Shown one piece after another: positions 53,660-64,000 of a stretch of 64,000 bases of DNA. Each line of letters opens with the position of its first letter. The first letter of the stretch is position 1. Origin of the DNA: the human T2T-CHM13v2.0 reference genome, Homo sapiens; assembly GCF_009914755.1 (NCBI RefSeq), contig NC_060931.1. One strand, written 5' to 3'. The notes beneath the pieces were generated by a model. The model had not been told where the DNA came from. It saw nothing but the letters and a program-made list of their open reading frames with translations, and did not search any database. The translations under genes and the position numbers were made by a program.

Positions 53660-54300
53660 CATTCAATAAGATTTATTTTGCTATCCAGCCAGAGTTTTAA
53701 TCAAATGGCAAATTTATTCAAATCAAGGCAGTATGAAGAATATTAGAAGGATAAACTCCTTTAAGAAACTAAAAATTCAGTTGAGGAGACAAAAGCATAG
53801 GTATATAAAACACTAATAGCAGTGCATGACAGTGATACAAGAAATACCACAAGCAGAAGGGAATCACAGAAAGCGGAAGCCAGAAAGTAGATGTTGTGAG
53901 TTCAGACAAAAGTCTGAGAGGGGTGATCAAAGAAGGCTTCCTGAAGGAGGAAGAACTTACTGTGTTGATCAGCTAGGGAGTCTTTTCTCCCTACCTCACA
54001 GGGTACTAAGAGGTTCAAGACATGTTCAATGATGTCATGTGTCTAGGAGGAGCTGGTGAGATGAATGAGAACTCAGGGAGGGATGGAGTGGGTAAGTGCT
54101 GCCAAAATCTGCTGGTGTGTGGGGGCGGTGCAGGGAAGAAAGTTTCCAGAATAACTATAGTGACCAGAATGAATCTGGATGAATTTGGAGATGGGTTTGG
54201 GTCAGAGGTACCAGTGGCACGTGGAGCAAGTCAGCTGGAAGGAGAAGCTGGACAGGGCTCAAGTTTCTGATGTTGATGGAGGAAGACTCACAAGGGATCT
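53660..54300 (-). mobile_element. Degenerate L2 fragments
   Basis: ggtgatcaaagaaggcttcctgaaggagg; gagcaagtcagctggaagg...ctcaag. Confidence 0.55.
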
Positions 54301-54356
54301 GAGGGCAAACGGAAAACTGGGCCTGGCTGCCTGCTTTCATCTTCCAGATGAGCAAC

Positions 54357-54550
54357 AAGAGAAGAGAAGAGAAGAGGAGAAGAAGAAGAGAAGAGAAGAG
54401 AAGAGAAGAGAAGAGAAGAGAAGAGAAGAGAAGAGAAGAGAAGAGAGGAGAGGAGAGGAGAGGAGAAGAGAAGAGGAGAAGAGAAGAGAAGAGAAGAGAA
54501 GAGAAGAGAAGAGAAGAGAAGAGAAGAGAAGAGAAGAGAAGAGAAAAGAA
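54357..54550 (+). repeat. (AAGAG)n / (AGGAG)n pure-purine pentanucleotide repeat
   Basis: About 194 nt containing only A and G. Confidence 0.97.
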
Positions 54551-54642
54551 CCCCCAGATCTTCTGCAAAAGGCAGAGGAAAATAATAGGGACAATATACG
54601 TGAGAATGCTCCTCACCTGTGACAAGACCTTGCACCTGGCCT

Positions 54643-54692
54643 GCCAGCCCTCTAGTTAGCCAGCCCTCTAGTTAGCCAGCCCTCTAGTTAGC
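54643..54692 (+). repeat. Perfect 16-bp tandem repeat x3 (gccagccctctagtta)
   Basis: Units at 54643, 54659 and 54675. Confidence 0.95.
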
Positions 54693-54944
54693 TACCAGTG
54701 GAATCAAGCCGAGGGTCAACATTTGCAGCCGTTTGGCCCAGGAGCTTCATCAGCAGATAAATTGGATTTATTCTGGAGGCCATAAATTTTTTTAAAAAGT
54801 GTTGGGAATATTGGAAGAACTTTATCATGATTCCACTTAGTGGACCAAGGTCAAGTACTCAACTCAGTCTCTTCAAGAAGGAAGTAGCAGACATAGGGCA
54901 CCCATGACAGAAAGGGAGGCAGATGGTGACGTGTGGCCAGGAGC

Positions 54945-55180
54945 TAGCTGGGGCGCAATAGTCAATGTGCTCTGGAGCCAGGCTGCCTGGGTTCAAACCC
55001 CTGTCCACCACTGACAAGCTGTGTGACTTTGAGCAAGTTACTCTATCTCTCTGTGCCTTGGTTTCCTCATCTGTAAAATGGAGCTGGTAACTGAACCCAT
55101 CTCACAGGGTTGTTGCAAGGATTCATTGAGATAACACATGTCTGATATTTAGGTAACACTCAAGAAATGTTTGCAGTGAT
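54945..55180 (+). mobile_element. MIR, near full length
   Basis: ctctggagccaggctgcctgggttcaaaccc...gtttcctcatctgtaaaatgg. Confidence 0.9.
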
Positions 55181-55599
55181 ATGAGTGTCAGTGGGAGGCT
55201 GCCTGGAAATGTAAGCAGCTGTGTGGGGGGAGTTACAGCAGAGGCAATGGGAGCATGGGAGAGCTTAGGGGAAATCAGAGATGACGGATCCTAAGCTCAT
55301 GCCCAGACATTGCAAGCATGCTTAAAAACAACAAATGACCTCTTGATGCAATGCCTAACAGGAAACATGTTCTAGGTGTTGAGGAAGTGGATTTGGCAGA
55401 GACTATATTTAACCTTAGTACGAGGCACACCAGTGCACACCTGGGAGATGGTTCTGTCACCAGGACAAGGAGGTGACCCAGGCCTGGCAGCATCCTTGGC
55501 CTGCGGGGAGGCTCCCCCAAGGGTTCTCCTCTGTTCCAGGGAAGGTGGCTGGAGGAGTGACTGAAGTTAAAGGTTGAAGGCTGAGGATGATCTAGAAAA

Positions 55600-56280
55600 G
55601 TCGTAGTTGCAGGGAGGCTGAGAAATGGGTGACGGGCCAGGCACCCCACCAGAGAGAGCGAGAGAGCACTGAGGTGACGTTGGTGTGGCTGGGAGAGATG
55701 GTGCGGGCCTCCGTAGAAGCAGCAACTTCCTGACATCCATGACAAGGAAGAGGACGCAAGGATCCAGAGCTTTCAGACACAAGGGTCACGGGAGAAGGGC
55801 TGAGGATGATGAGGGAATGCATGGCTGCCGAGGTCTCTCCTCTCCCTTTCCTTTTCTCTGTGATGCTTCCTGCTGCCTCCTCTCTCAGGGTCATGTGGCT
55901 TCTTTCTTAGCCATTTGTCATCTCTACCCCTCTGATATCATCAGCTCACACAAGCCCCAAAAGTGACCTTCTATTTCTGCCCTTCAGTTTCTGTCATCCC
56001 TACTACCCCATTGATTCTCTCTGTGTTTCTTGGTTCAAATTTCCATAAGAAATCTCATTGGCTGGTTCATCTTTTCCAGACTAGGTCTCGCTATAAAGCA
56101 TGAGTCAGCTTCAGGCTACACTTGGATCTGGTGATGACCCTGGACTCACTCAGCTGTGACCAGCAACACAGAAGGCCCCGGGACCCACCAGCAAACAGCC
56201 AACCCTTATAAGCTTCAGGGGCTGGGGTGGGATAGTTGCCCTCAGATGGAGGACTTAGGGGACATCATCACCAACACATA
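55600..56280 (-). mobile_element. Possible very old MaLR LTR (MLT1K-like)
   Basis: aatctcattggctgg ... ccctggactcactcagctgtgaccag resembles old MLT1 cores; boundaries uncertain. Confidence 0.4.
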
Positions 56281-58214
56281 CAATCACAAAAATATGAGTA
56301 AAACCCACTGTCATCAAGGCCATGGAATACAGAAAGTGGAAAATGAAGCTTATGAGAGTGAGAAAAGAAAAATAAATGGAAGGCATTTCAATGAGAGAAC
56401 TGCGTTGAAAAAGTGAGACCTGTATTCCACATGAAAGAAGCTTTTATAAGGCTTTTCCCTTGGTCCATAGAGGGAGACAGGAAATTAAACACCCAGTGTG
56501 AATGTGTGGGAAGGGATCAGACGCAACTTCGCTCCTTTATTGAATACATGCTAATTAAAAGTCTACTGCAGATGACGCATACAGTGATTGAAGTTCACAA
56601 GTGCAAGTGCCAAACATGTGAATGTTTGTGCTTCTTAACCAAATACAAAGGGACATAGCTATTTCAGAAATTGGCACTTTTTGTGGGTGTAGTCATGTAC
56701 ACAAAAATTTCAGGAGCATGGAAAAAGAAACTGGAGGAAAAATAATGAAAAGGGCCAAGTATTTCAATGAGCCAAGTCTTTAAACTCCATCTGTAAGAAT
56801 AAAGAGCGTATCTACCAACAACAGATGTTGGGCAAGTAAGTTCAACAGAACTTATGTGCAAAAAGGCACAACAATATTGGCTCAATTTTGTTAAAACAAG
56901 AAAAATATTAAATGTATAAGACATGAGGCTTGTGAGTGAAAGAACTGGTCTTCCTCCACACTTTCGGTGATCTTTCCTCTAGTCCAGAGAGTAGAAATTC
57001 TGAAGCTCCTGAACGGGTAAAAGAACCAGGACAACTATCCAAATGGGCCATAATGTCATTGAAAAGAGGAGGAGAAAGAGGATCAAAGTCACATAGAACA
57101 TCCAGCATATATACTGCGCCAACAGAGCTGTTGCCTATTTGCACTGTGTGTGTGAATGTGTGTATCTGCGTCTGTGTGTGTGAGCATTAGGATGTGTGTC
57201 TCTCTGTATGTCTGTGTCCCACACTGGATTAGTGGATAGACCAGGCAGCTAGAAACCTAGGACACCAGCTCTTACAAAGTTTAGAAACCGCTGGGATGCT
57301 GAAACATTGCGGGGAATACACTGAGATGCAAAAAATGATTCTTCTCAAGGAGAACATCAAAGGTGGAGGAAAAACCAATTTTGCTGAGATAACAAAAGAT
57401 GGTGCTGAACAGTCTCCTAGAGAGGATGGTGAGGCAGCTGTGGGCCTGATTCAGTGGAATGACTTTGGATGGGAATTCAAAGTCTGAGCAGAATTTCTCA
57501 GAACAACAGTGGAGACACAAAGTCTGCCACCAAGCAATCCTCCCTCACTCTCCTGGAACCACGTGGTGCTCAATATCTCCTCTAAAGTTGTAAGTGGAGG
57601 TGTAAATATTTAAAGAATAACCTTTGTTAGGCTTCTTACAGGATCACTGTGCACATATGTGTGCATCTTGCCACAGTGACCCAATGCTTGGGAAGCCCAT
57701 GGCTGTGGCAAGGGGACACTTCAGGTTTATGTCTGTGCCCAGCTGGACTTCCTCCATTTTGCTCTGGGTACCTCAAAGTGGGTAATTAGCAAACAAGAAC
57801 AAACAGAACTTCTACATGATATTGACGTCTAAGAATCTGGCTTTTGCTGAAGACTGGATAGAGTTCCATCATGGGGATTGCTTTCATTGTCTTTGAAAGG
57901 GGTGCAACAGGTCAGGGACTATAAGAGAATAATGATGTATTCAGCAAATGGCCCAATGCAGCAGCTGTTCATTGATGTGTTGGAGGGTCCTACAGTTCCT
58001 CCTAGAGACAGCAAGGGAAGGGTCCTAGAGATGGGGCCCCAGACACGCACCTTCTCTCAATCCCAGCTGGAACAGTGTAACTTTTTATTGGCAAAAGAGT
58101 GTTCCAGAGGACCAGTGTCTACAGGACATCTGGTGGGCACTTGCACCAATGTGGGAATTGCACTGAGGTACCAGCTTTGGAATTAAGCAGCAGTTGTATT
58201 ATGTTTTAGAAAGA

Positions 58215-58690
58215 GAATGAACTCTTAAATCTGATGGATTCAGTTGATTTCTTGCTCTATCCCAGCTGTGTAACATGGGCCAATAACCTTTGAGGTTCTT
58301 CTACAAAAATGGGATCTCAGTGTATAGGGGACATTGTGAAGATTAAATGAGATAAGTGTAGGAGCTCAGTAAAAGCAAAATGATGTATATTGTGGAAGCT
58401 CAGTTAATACAAGTTCCCTTCATTCTGTCACTTCCTTCTGGATATGAAGCTTCCAATTACTTGCCCTACCTTTAGAATGAATTAAAGCTGGTTCTTTTGT
58501 ACCCCATAAAAGAGCCCTTCTCTACCTTTTACTAGTGCCATGATTGTGGGCAAATCACCTCATGTCATCAGTAAAATGAGGATACTAGATCTATCCTGAA
58601 TACCTCATGAGATTGTCGTATAAAATAAATAAATAGATGTATGTGAAAATACTTCATCAATGGTAATGCCACAACACATATGTAATGCCA
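58215..58690 (+). mobile_element. Two degenerate MIR copies
   Basis: ttgtgaagattaaatgagataag; gtaaaatgaggata...tacctcatgagattgtcgta. Confidence 0.65.
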
Positions 58691-59618
58691 AAAAAAATTC
58701 TCCATTAATAAGATGTCCTTTCAACAAATGTCCATTTTTCCTTATAAAATGTCAGAGATGTTTAAGCAAACTCCCAAGGTTATTTAATTATTGGATAATA
58801 ATATACACTGGTGATGGAAATTAATTACACAGGTACTGTGAAATACCCTGCTTTGCTACTGACAACACCCAGCAATACAGAGCACATGGCTGAGTCCATA
58901 GAAAACTGTGGTAATTGTGACAGCAGTAACAGCAGAAGAGCCACAAAGCCTCCTCCACGTAGGTCTGTCATTAGCTGATGTCACCAAGGGGCCATAAACA
59001 GAAGCTCCTCTATATCACATGGGCCATGAGATAGCAAGGTAAATAGAGGGCAGTTGTTTAATTTATCTATTGTAACAGAGTTGAGTGCATGGCAAATAGG
59101 TTTGTAAGTGCATTTATTACCATCTCCATATAGTATGGTTTCCACCAAGAGTGAGTGAGCTCAGAGCCTGCTCACTGTGGCTGTGACTCATTTGATGCAA
59201 TCCAAGGGCCATGATCAGGGAGTCTCCCGAGTGCCTTCCCCAGTGGCAGTGAGTGGCTTGGGGAGGCATGGGGTTGGAAACACATTCTGTTATCTGACTT
59301 TGGGCCGAAGTCCATCATATCTTGTCTCCGAGAAAAATTTCAGTTCCTAAGAGGGTCTAGCTTAGTCTCCTTTGACATTTAAAACAAAGCTTAAGGATGA
59401 AAGCAAAATATTCCCACAGCTGGTGATTGTTATACAGAGACCAGAAACCTATAGTTTCCAGGAGCCCTCCCTGCCTGATTCTGCAGACCTAGTCTGGACG
59501 CCTCTCATTCTCCTTAGCCGTCCTGCTTTGCAGTGCTCACGAATAAGCAGGCCACTTCCATCCCCGGGTTGATGGGGATACCTCCTCAATATTAAAATCC
59601 CAGGACTAGCCACACAGG

Positions 59619-60034
59619 GCAGATAAACAAAATGTGGTATATACACACCATGGAATATTATTCAGCCTTAGAAAGGAAAGACATTCTGATACATGCTACA
59701 ACATGGGTGAACCCTGAGGACATTATGCTAAGTGAAATAAGCTAGTTACAAAGGGACAAGTACTGTATAATTCCACTTATATGAGGTGCCTAGGATAGGC
59801 AAATTCATACAGCCAGAAGGTAGAATAGAAATTACTAGGGGCTGGGAGAAGAGGGGGAAATGGCGAGTCTTTGCTTTCATGGGTACAGAGTTTCAGTCTG
59901 TGATGAAGTTCTGGAGCTGGATGGTGGTGCTGGTTGCACGACAATGTGAATGCATTTCATGCCACTGAATTGTATACTTAGAAATGGTTAAAACGGTCAA
60001 TTTTGTGTTGCATATATTTTGCCGCAACAAAAAA
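59619..60034 (+). mobile_element. L1MB 3' end; A21 run 15 nt further on (60050-60070)
   Basis: gataaacaaaatgtggtatatacacaccatggaatattattcagcc ... gccactgaattgtatacttagaaatggttaaa. Confidence 0.88.
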
Positions 60035-60399
60035 TGTAGTTCTAGACCTAAAAAAAAAAAAAAAAAAAAAGATCAATGCTGAAATTAAAAACCAGAGGAG
60101 CTTCCACATGCCACAAGGAGCTTGCTCTGATGAGTCTGGTGGACAGACTTCTCATTGCTATATTGTTTTGTGATGCTTCCATTTGTATCTCCTTTCCAAC
60201 ATGTGACATTTGTCACAACTCCGAAAGATGTGAGAAAGTTGGGACGAGGCCAGAATAAATGTTTTTGGATGGGTTGTGCTTTTGTGTTTGGCCATGTGAA
60301 AGCGTTTTTGTGGAGGTTGACTCTTCCAGTATTTTAAGCAATTTACAGATAGTGTTAAATACCTGGTTAAAATCTTTCTAATGTGTCTGGTAATCATTT

Positions 60400-61204
60400 T
60401 AGCTGTTCAAGCATAATGTGAATTCAGACATACAGTTACACGAAAATCTTTCCCACTTACCTACCTCTCGCGCAGATTACAGAGGGCATGCATTACAGAC
60501 AATAAAACCTAAGGGGAAAAAATTGCCACGCTGCCTGCTTCAGTTCTGCCATTAAACCCAACGATGGCGGCCATTGCCATGTAAAAGGAAAAACAACAAG
60601 TTTACAGTTCATCATTTCCCATGGTAAACAGATTGCTTATTTTAATTTTGAAAATAAAGCGATGGAGGCTATGTAGGTCTGTAAATAAGAGTGTGCATCT
60701 CAATTTTCTGCAAATGCTTAAGTGGTTTACATCTGTTTCCTCCCAGTTGTATTTCTCAAACATGAATTTCCATTTTAAAAAGAGTCGTAAAATCACTACT
60801 GTTTCTCTGTGGATCTATTAGCAATAAAATAGCCTACAGAGGTTTGCACAGCCATGGAAAATGTACGGTGATAATAGGCTGTCCTGCTGTTACATGGCTT
60901 ATGCAAACTTTACATTTATCACGGCAGAACCATCTATCCGCAGGGTTGTAGCACAGCAAGCAACTGAATAAAAAGGACCCAGAGAAGGAAGATGAGACTG
61001 AAATCTCTGTGTACACATCATTAATCAGACAAGATGAATTCTCAAACTTGGAAGTGCCTCTCCTCAAAGCCAACTGAGAGAAGGAGCAGGAGGGAGAGAA
61101 TGTGTCAGGTTGATTGCAATCTGCAATGTACAACTTTCCATAAAAATTAATCTCCAACAAACAGAAGCGTTTGTTCCTCTCATTTGCATGCTGTGTGGTT
61201 CACT

Positions 61205-61241
<37 letters not shown>

Positions 61242-61320
61242 AAGAACCAAGCCGGTCATCTGTTGAAAACTTTTACTCCAGCAGATGACGCAGTTATTCT
61301 TTTATTGCTTTAAGTAAAAG
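60400..61320. promoter_or_regulatory. Candidate conserved enhancer / promoter block
   Basis: Free of interspersed repeats; YY1-like GATGGCGGC, forkhead GTAAACA and GTAAATA, posterior-HOX GTCGTAAAA, octamer ATTTGCAT. Function is inference only. Confidence 0.45.
61209..61238 (+). repeat. (GT)15 microsatellite
   Basis: Read directly. Confidence 0.97.
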
Positions 61321-63009
61321 GGCTTAAAAGAGCCCATTACTTTCTCACACACCAGCGCAGCTTCCTTAGTCCTCCCCCACAGATGGGTGAATGCGGAGCA
61401 TGTCCGTGGTGCCCCTGAAGCCCCGCATCATAAGTGGGACTGAGGGTTCAAATCTCTGTCCTCACGTTGTATCCCAGTGAAATTCTACCACATACAGGGA
61501 AGGAGGTGGATTTATTCTAAATTAATTCACTGAAAGTCTGTAATGATACAGAGTAGGTTTCAAAATGGCCTTCTTCCAAAACACCCATGCATGAGGTACG
61601 CCTGATCCTCTGTCTGGAAGTCCCGAGTCTCTCAGTCCTCTGAGTTGCCTTGTTTCCCTGTAATAGAAAAGCATCATTAAAATATACTGTTAGAATTTAA
61701 ATTGCTTGGCATCTCACAGCCTGTTCCATTGAGTATTATTATTTTATAAAAGTGGCTTTGTTTTGTTTTATTAGTTTAATGGAGAGAGGAGTTTGAGAAA
61801 TAATCCTTGAGGCTTTTAGAGGGAAGATGGAAAGGACACCTTTCAATCAATGCCCGAGTTAACAATTACTTAACTATATTTGTCCCTCGAAATTCTGTGA
61901 TCCCAGGAATAGACCAAGATAGAGATGAATGAAAGGAAAACAGTAAGAAGTGGCGTGACAGCTAAGAAGGGCAACTGCCCCATCCAATAGCCCAGTAGTT
62001 CCTGCCCCTCAAGAACTGCGGGTGTTAGGGAGAAGCCTGTTGTTTTGAATTACTTCACATTGCTCCATTCCTAAGGGGCCTCTTAGTTACCCATCCCCAC
62101 ATCACCAGATCATTGCAAATAATTGGGTGGGAAGCAATCTAACAATCTCAACCCATCTGTGGATCAGGTAACTGGTTACTATGACTTGATAGTTTTTAAA
62201 CGTTGGTTTGACAGCATATGCACATCACTAAACAGTGTAGAGTTCTGGGGGGAGGAGGTGTGTATTTGGATTCCACATCAGATATTCTTATGTTGAGCTG
62301 CCTCATGATTCCGCAAAAAGGAGCCATGCGTTCCCTGGCCGCTGAAGCTGAAAGGGCTCTCCAAACCCACATTCCAGTTGAACTTGCTTCCTGTCCTGCA
62401 TTTCTCTCTTACTGAACTTTCCATGGTTGCTTATGTCCTCTGGCATTGGTTATCTGTGAGCAGCTCCATGTTTGGTAGTTCATATAGTAGACTTCCTAGG
62501 CCCTGCATAGCTTGTAACATGACTGTAGAACCACAGCACTTGTCCCAGCCTTGTGTGGCATGCTTACAGCAGAGACGCAATGTTAAGTTTCAGTAAGATC
62601 ACCCAGCCCCACCTCTGCTCCTAAATGTCTTGGAGAAGAACCAGGTATACGATGTGCAGCTTCCAAAGTAGTCTCAGGGCCTCTTGTTGGAGAGACAGAC
62701 GTAGGTTGTTGGTCTTACTCCTTATTGATCAATAGTATGCGATGTTGGCTCTTCTTCCACAAAGAAATCTCAGAGTTCATTAGCAAGACTGCCTGTTTTT
62801 AAGTTGAGTTGAGACTCCCCACTGGGGTCCCCTTGGCAATTCTAGGAAGTGTCCATTTGGCCCCTTTCAGTGATTCCATAGTGTCTATGGGTTCCCATTT
62901 CTCCTGGATTTCTTTGTGACCCCTTCCAGAAAATCCTATTCTAATTAGAAACAATACTTCTGATCACGTACTGGGTCCTTCTGCAGATCACTGACAACTG
63001 TACCAAGGC

Positions 63010-63175
63010 GTAATCACAGTAGTAATAATAATCACTACAGTTACTTAGAATTTTCTATATGCAGGTAACACACACTGAGGCCCAGACAGGCTCATGAGCT
63101 TGTCCCAGGCGTGCAGTTAATAAGGGTTGGAGTTGGGATTTAAATCCATGTTCTTAAACCCCATGCTGTACTTTC
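63010..63175 (-). mobile_element. MIR
   Basis: actgaggcccagacagg...ttgtcccagg...gagttgggatttaaatcc. Confidence 0.65.
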
Positions 63176-63429
63176 TCTTTAATCCCACTGTCTTCACGAT
63201 GTTTTATGTTTGCTTAGTGGAAAGAAACTCCTTCTTGTTTCCAGACATAAGAGCAGGCCTGGTAGAGACTCCCATGCACTGGGCGCCCCCTGTTCCCTTC
63301 TCTCTCTAGTACGTTTCACTCTGCTTCCTCTGTAGTCTCGATGCCGCTCCTTCCTCCACACTTCCCATCCCACTATACATCTTTTACACAGCAGGGCAGG
63401 GTGATTCGCTGCATGCTAGGCAGTAACTA

Positions 63430-63610
63430 CATAGTAATAACAATAACTTGGTACTTAGAGCTCCTCATCCGAGGACGTCACCCGAGCTTAAAGAAATTTA
63501 AATATATCTGTTCACAGCAGCGTGGTGGGGATGGTTTTGATCTCATTTTCTCCAGGCCTGAAGAGAGATGTGCACGTTTAAAGGAAGGAAACACCAGCCT
63601 TCCTAATGAG
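63430..63610 (-). mobile_element. Degenerate MIR
   Basis: taataacaataacttgg...tctcattttctccaggcctgaagagag. Confidence 0.45.
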
Positions 63611-64000
63611 GCCCCCTGACCAGAGTGGGGAACTGAGAAAGAGAAGCAAATAGGGGGAGGACCATATAGAGTAATGGTCTCTCATTTCCCTGCAGTTCCT
63701 TTGCAGAGTGCATTTGATGCTTGGCAGGCTTGCTGTCTCCAGGAGCCCTCTGGCTTCATGGTATTGAGAAGAAAGGGCTGCCCACCAGCTGAGTCTCTGT
63801 TATGTTAGCCACCAGCATCCAAGGATTTGCTCCAGAAACTGTCCTTATGGTGAACACCACTGGGCTCTGGTGGGGAGGAGGGAGGCTGGGTCTGATGGCT
63901 TCTCCACATCCCTGTCTCCCTCCTATCTTCAGGGCTCCCCATTCCCTCTCCTCCTGTGGGATGGTTCCCTGTCCCTCCTTTGAGGGTGGATCACCCACAG

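Noticed and set aside
54155-54659. Overlapping EKRRE / LLFSS repeat ORFs resembling coiled-coil or membrane proteins
   Set aside because: Stop-free by-product of the (AAGAG)n tract, open in several frames on both strands.
54643-54692. Short direct repeats as a possible CRISPR-like array (also 28381-28493 and 48681-48731)
   Set aside because: Tandem units without a series of unique spacers, no cas genes, eukaryotic context.
60035-60070. A21 run 15 nt after the L1MB end as a second 3' transduction or processed pseudogene tail
   Set aside because: Spacer too short, no poly(A) signal and no TSD found; more simply a mononucleotide expansion.
63281-63299. Second CTCF-like motif (CAGGGGGCGC on the minus strand)
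   Set aside because: Lacks the conserved CC at motif positions 4-5; too weak to call.

Overview
Primate (very probably human) gene-poor genomic DNA. Most of the window is interspersed repeats: Alu, MIR, L2, old and primate L1, MaLR/ERVL LTRs and hAT MER elements. Several repeat-free, motif-dense blocks look like developmental enhancers. The only coherent coding signal is a minus-strand spliced ORF: exons 14262-14087 and 12705-<=12438 join in frame through GT-AG sites, with a strong Kozak ATG, giving an orphan 138-aa protein. I tentatively recall this as the C16orf97/LINC02911 locus, unverified. Nearly all other ORFs in the track are chance or repeat-derived. There are no prokaryotic-type systems, CRISPR arrays, rRNA or tRNA genes, and I found no convincing novel multi-gene system. 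The best observations are structural: an L1PA insertion with both a 5' inversion and an apparent 3' transduction, an Alu with an internal template-switch hairpin, a 101-bp local inverted duplication, a perfect 14-bp inverted repeat, a strong CTCF motif and a possible overlapping antisense transcript. Repeat subfamily calls come from remembered consensus sequences and boundaries of old repeats are approximate.
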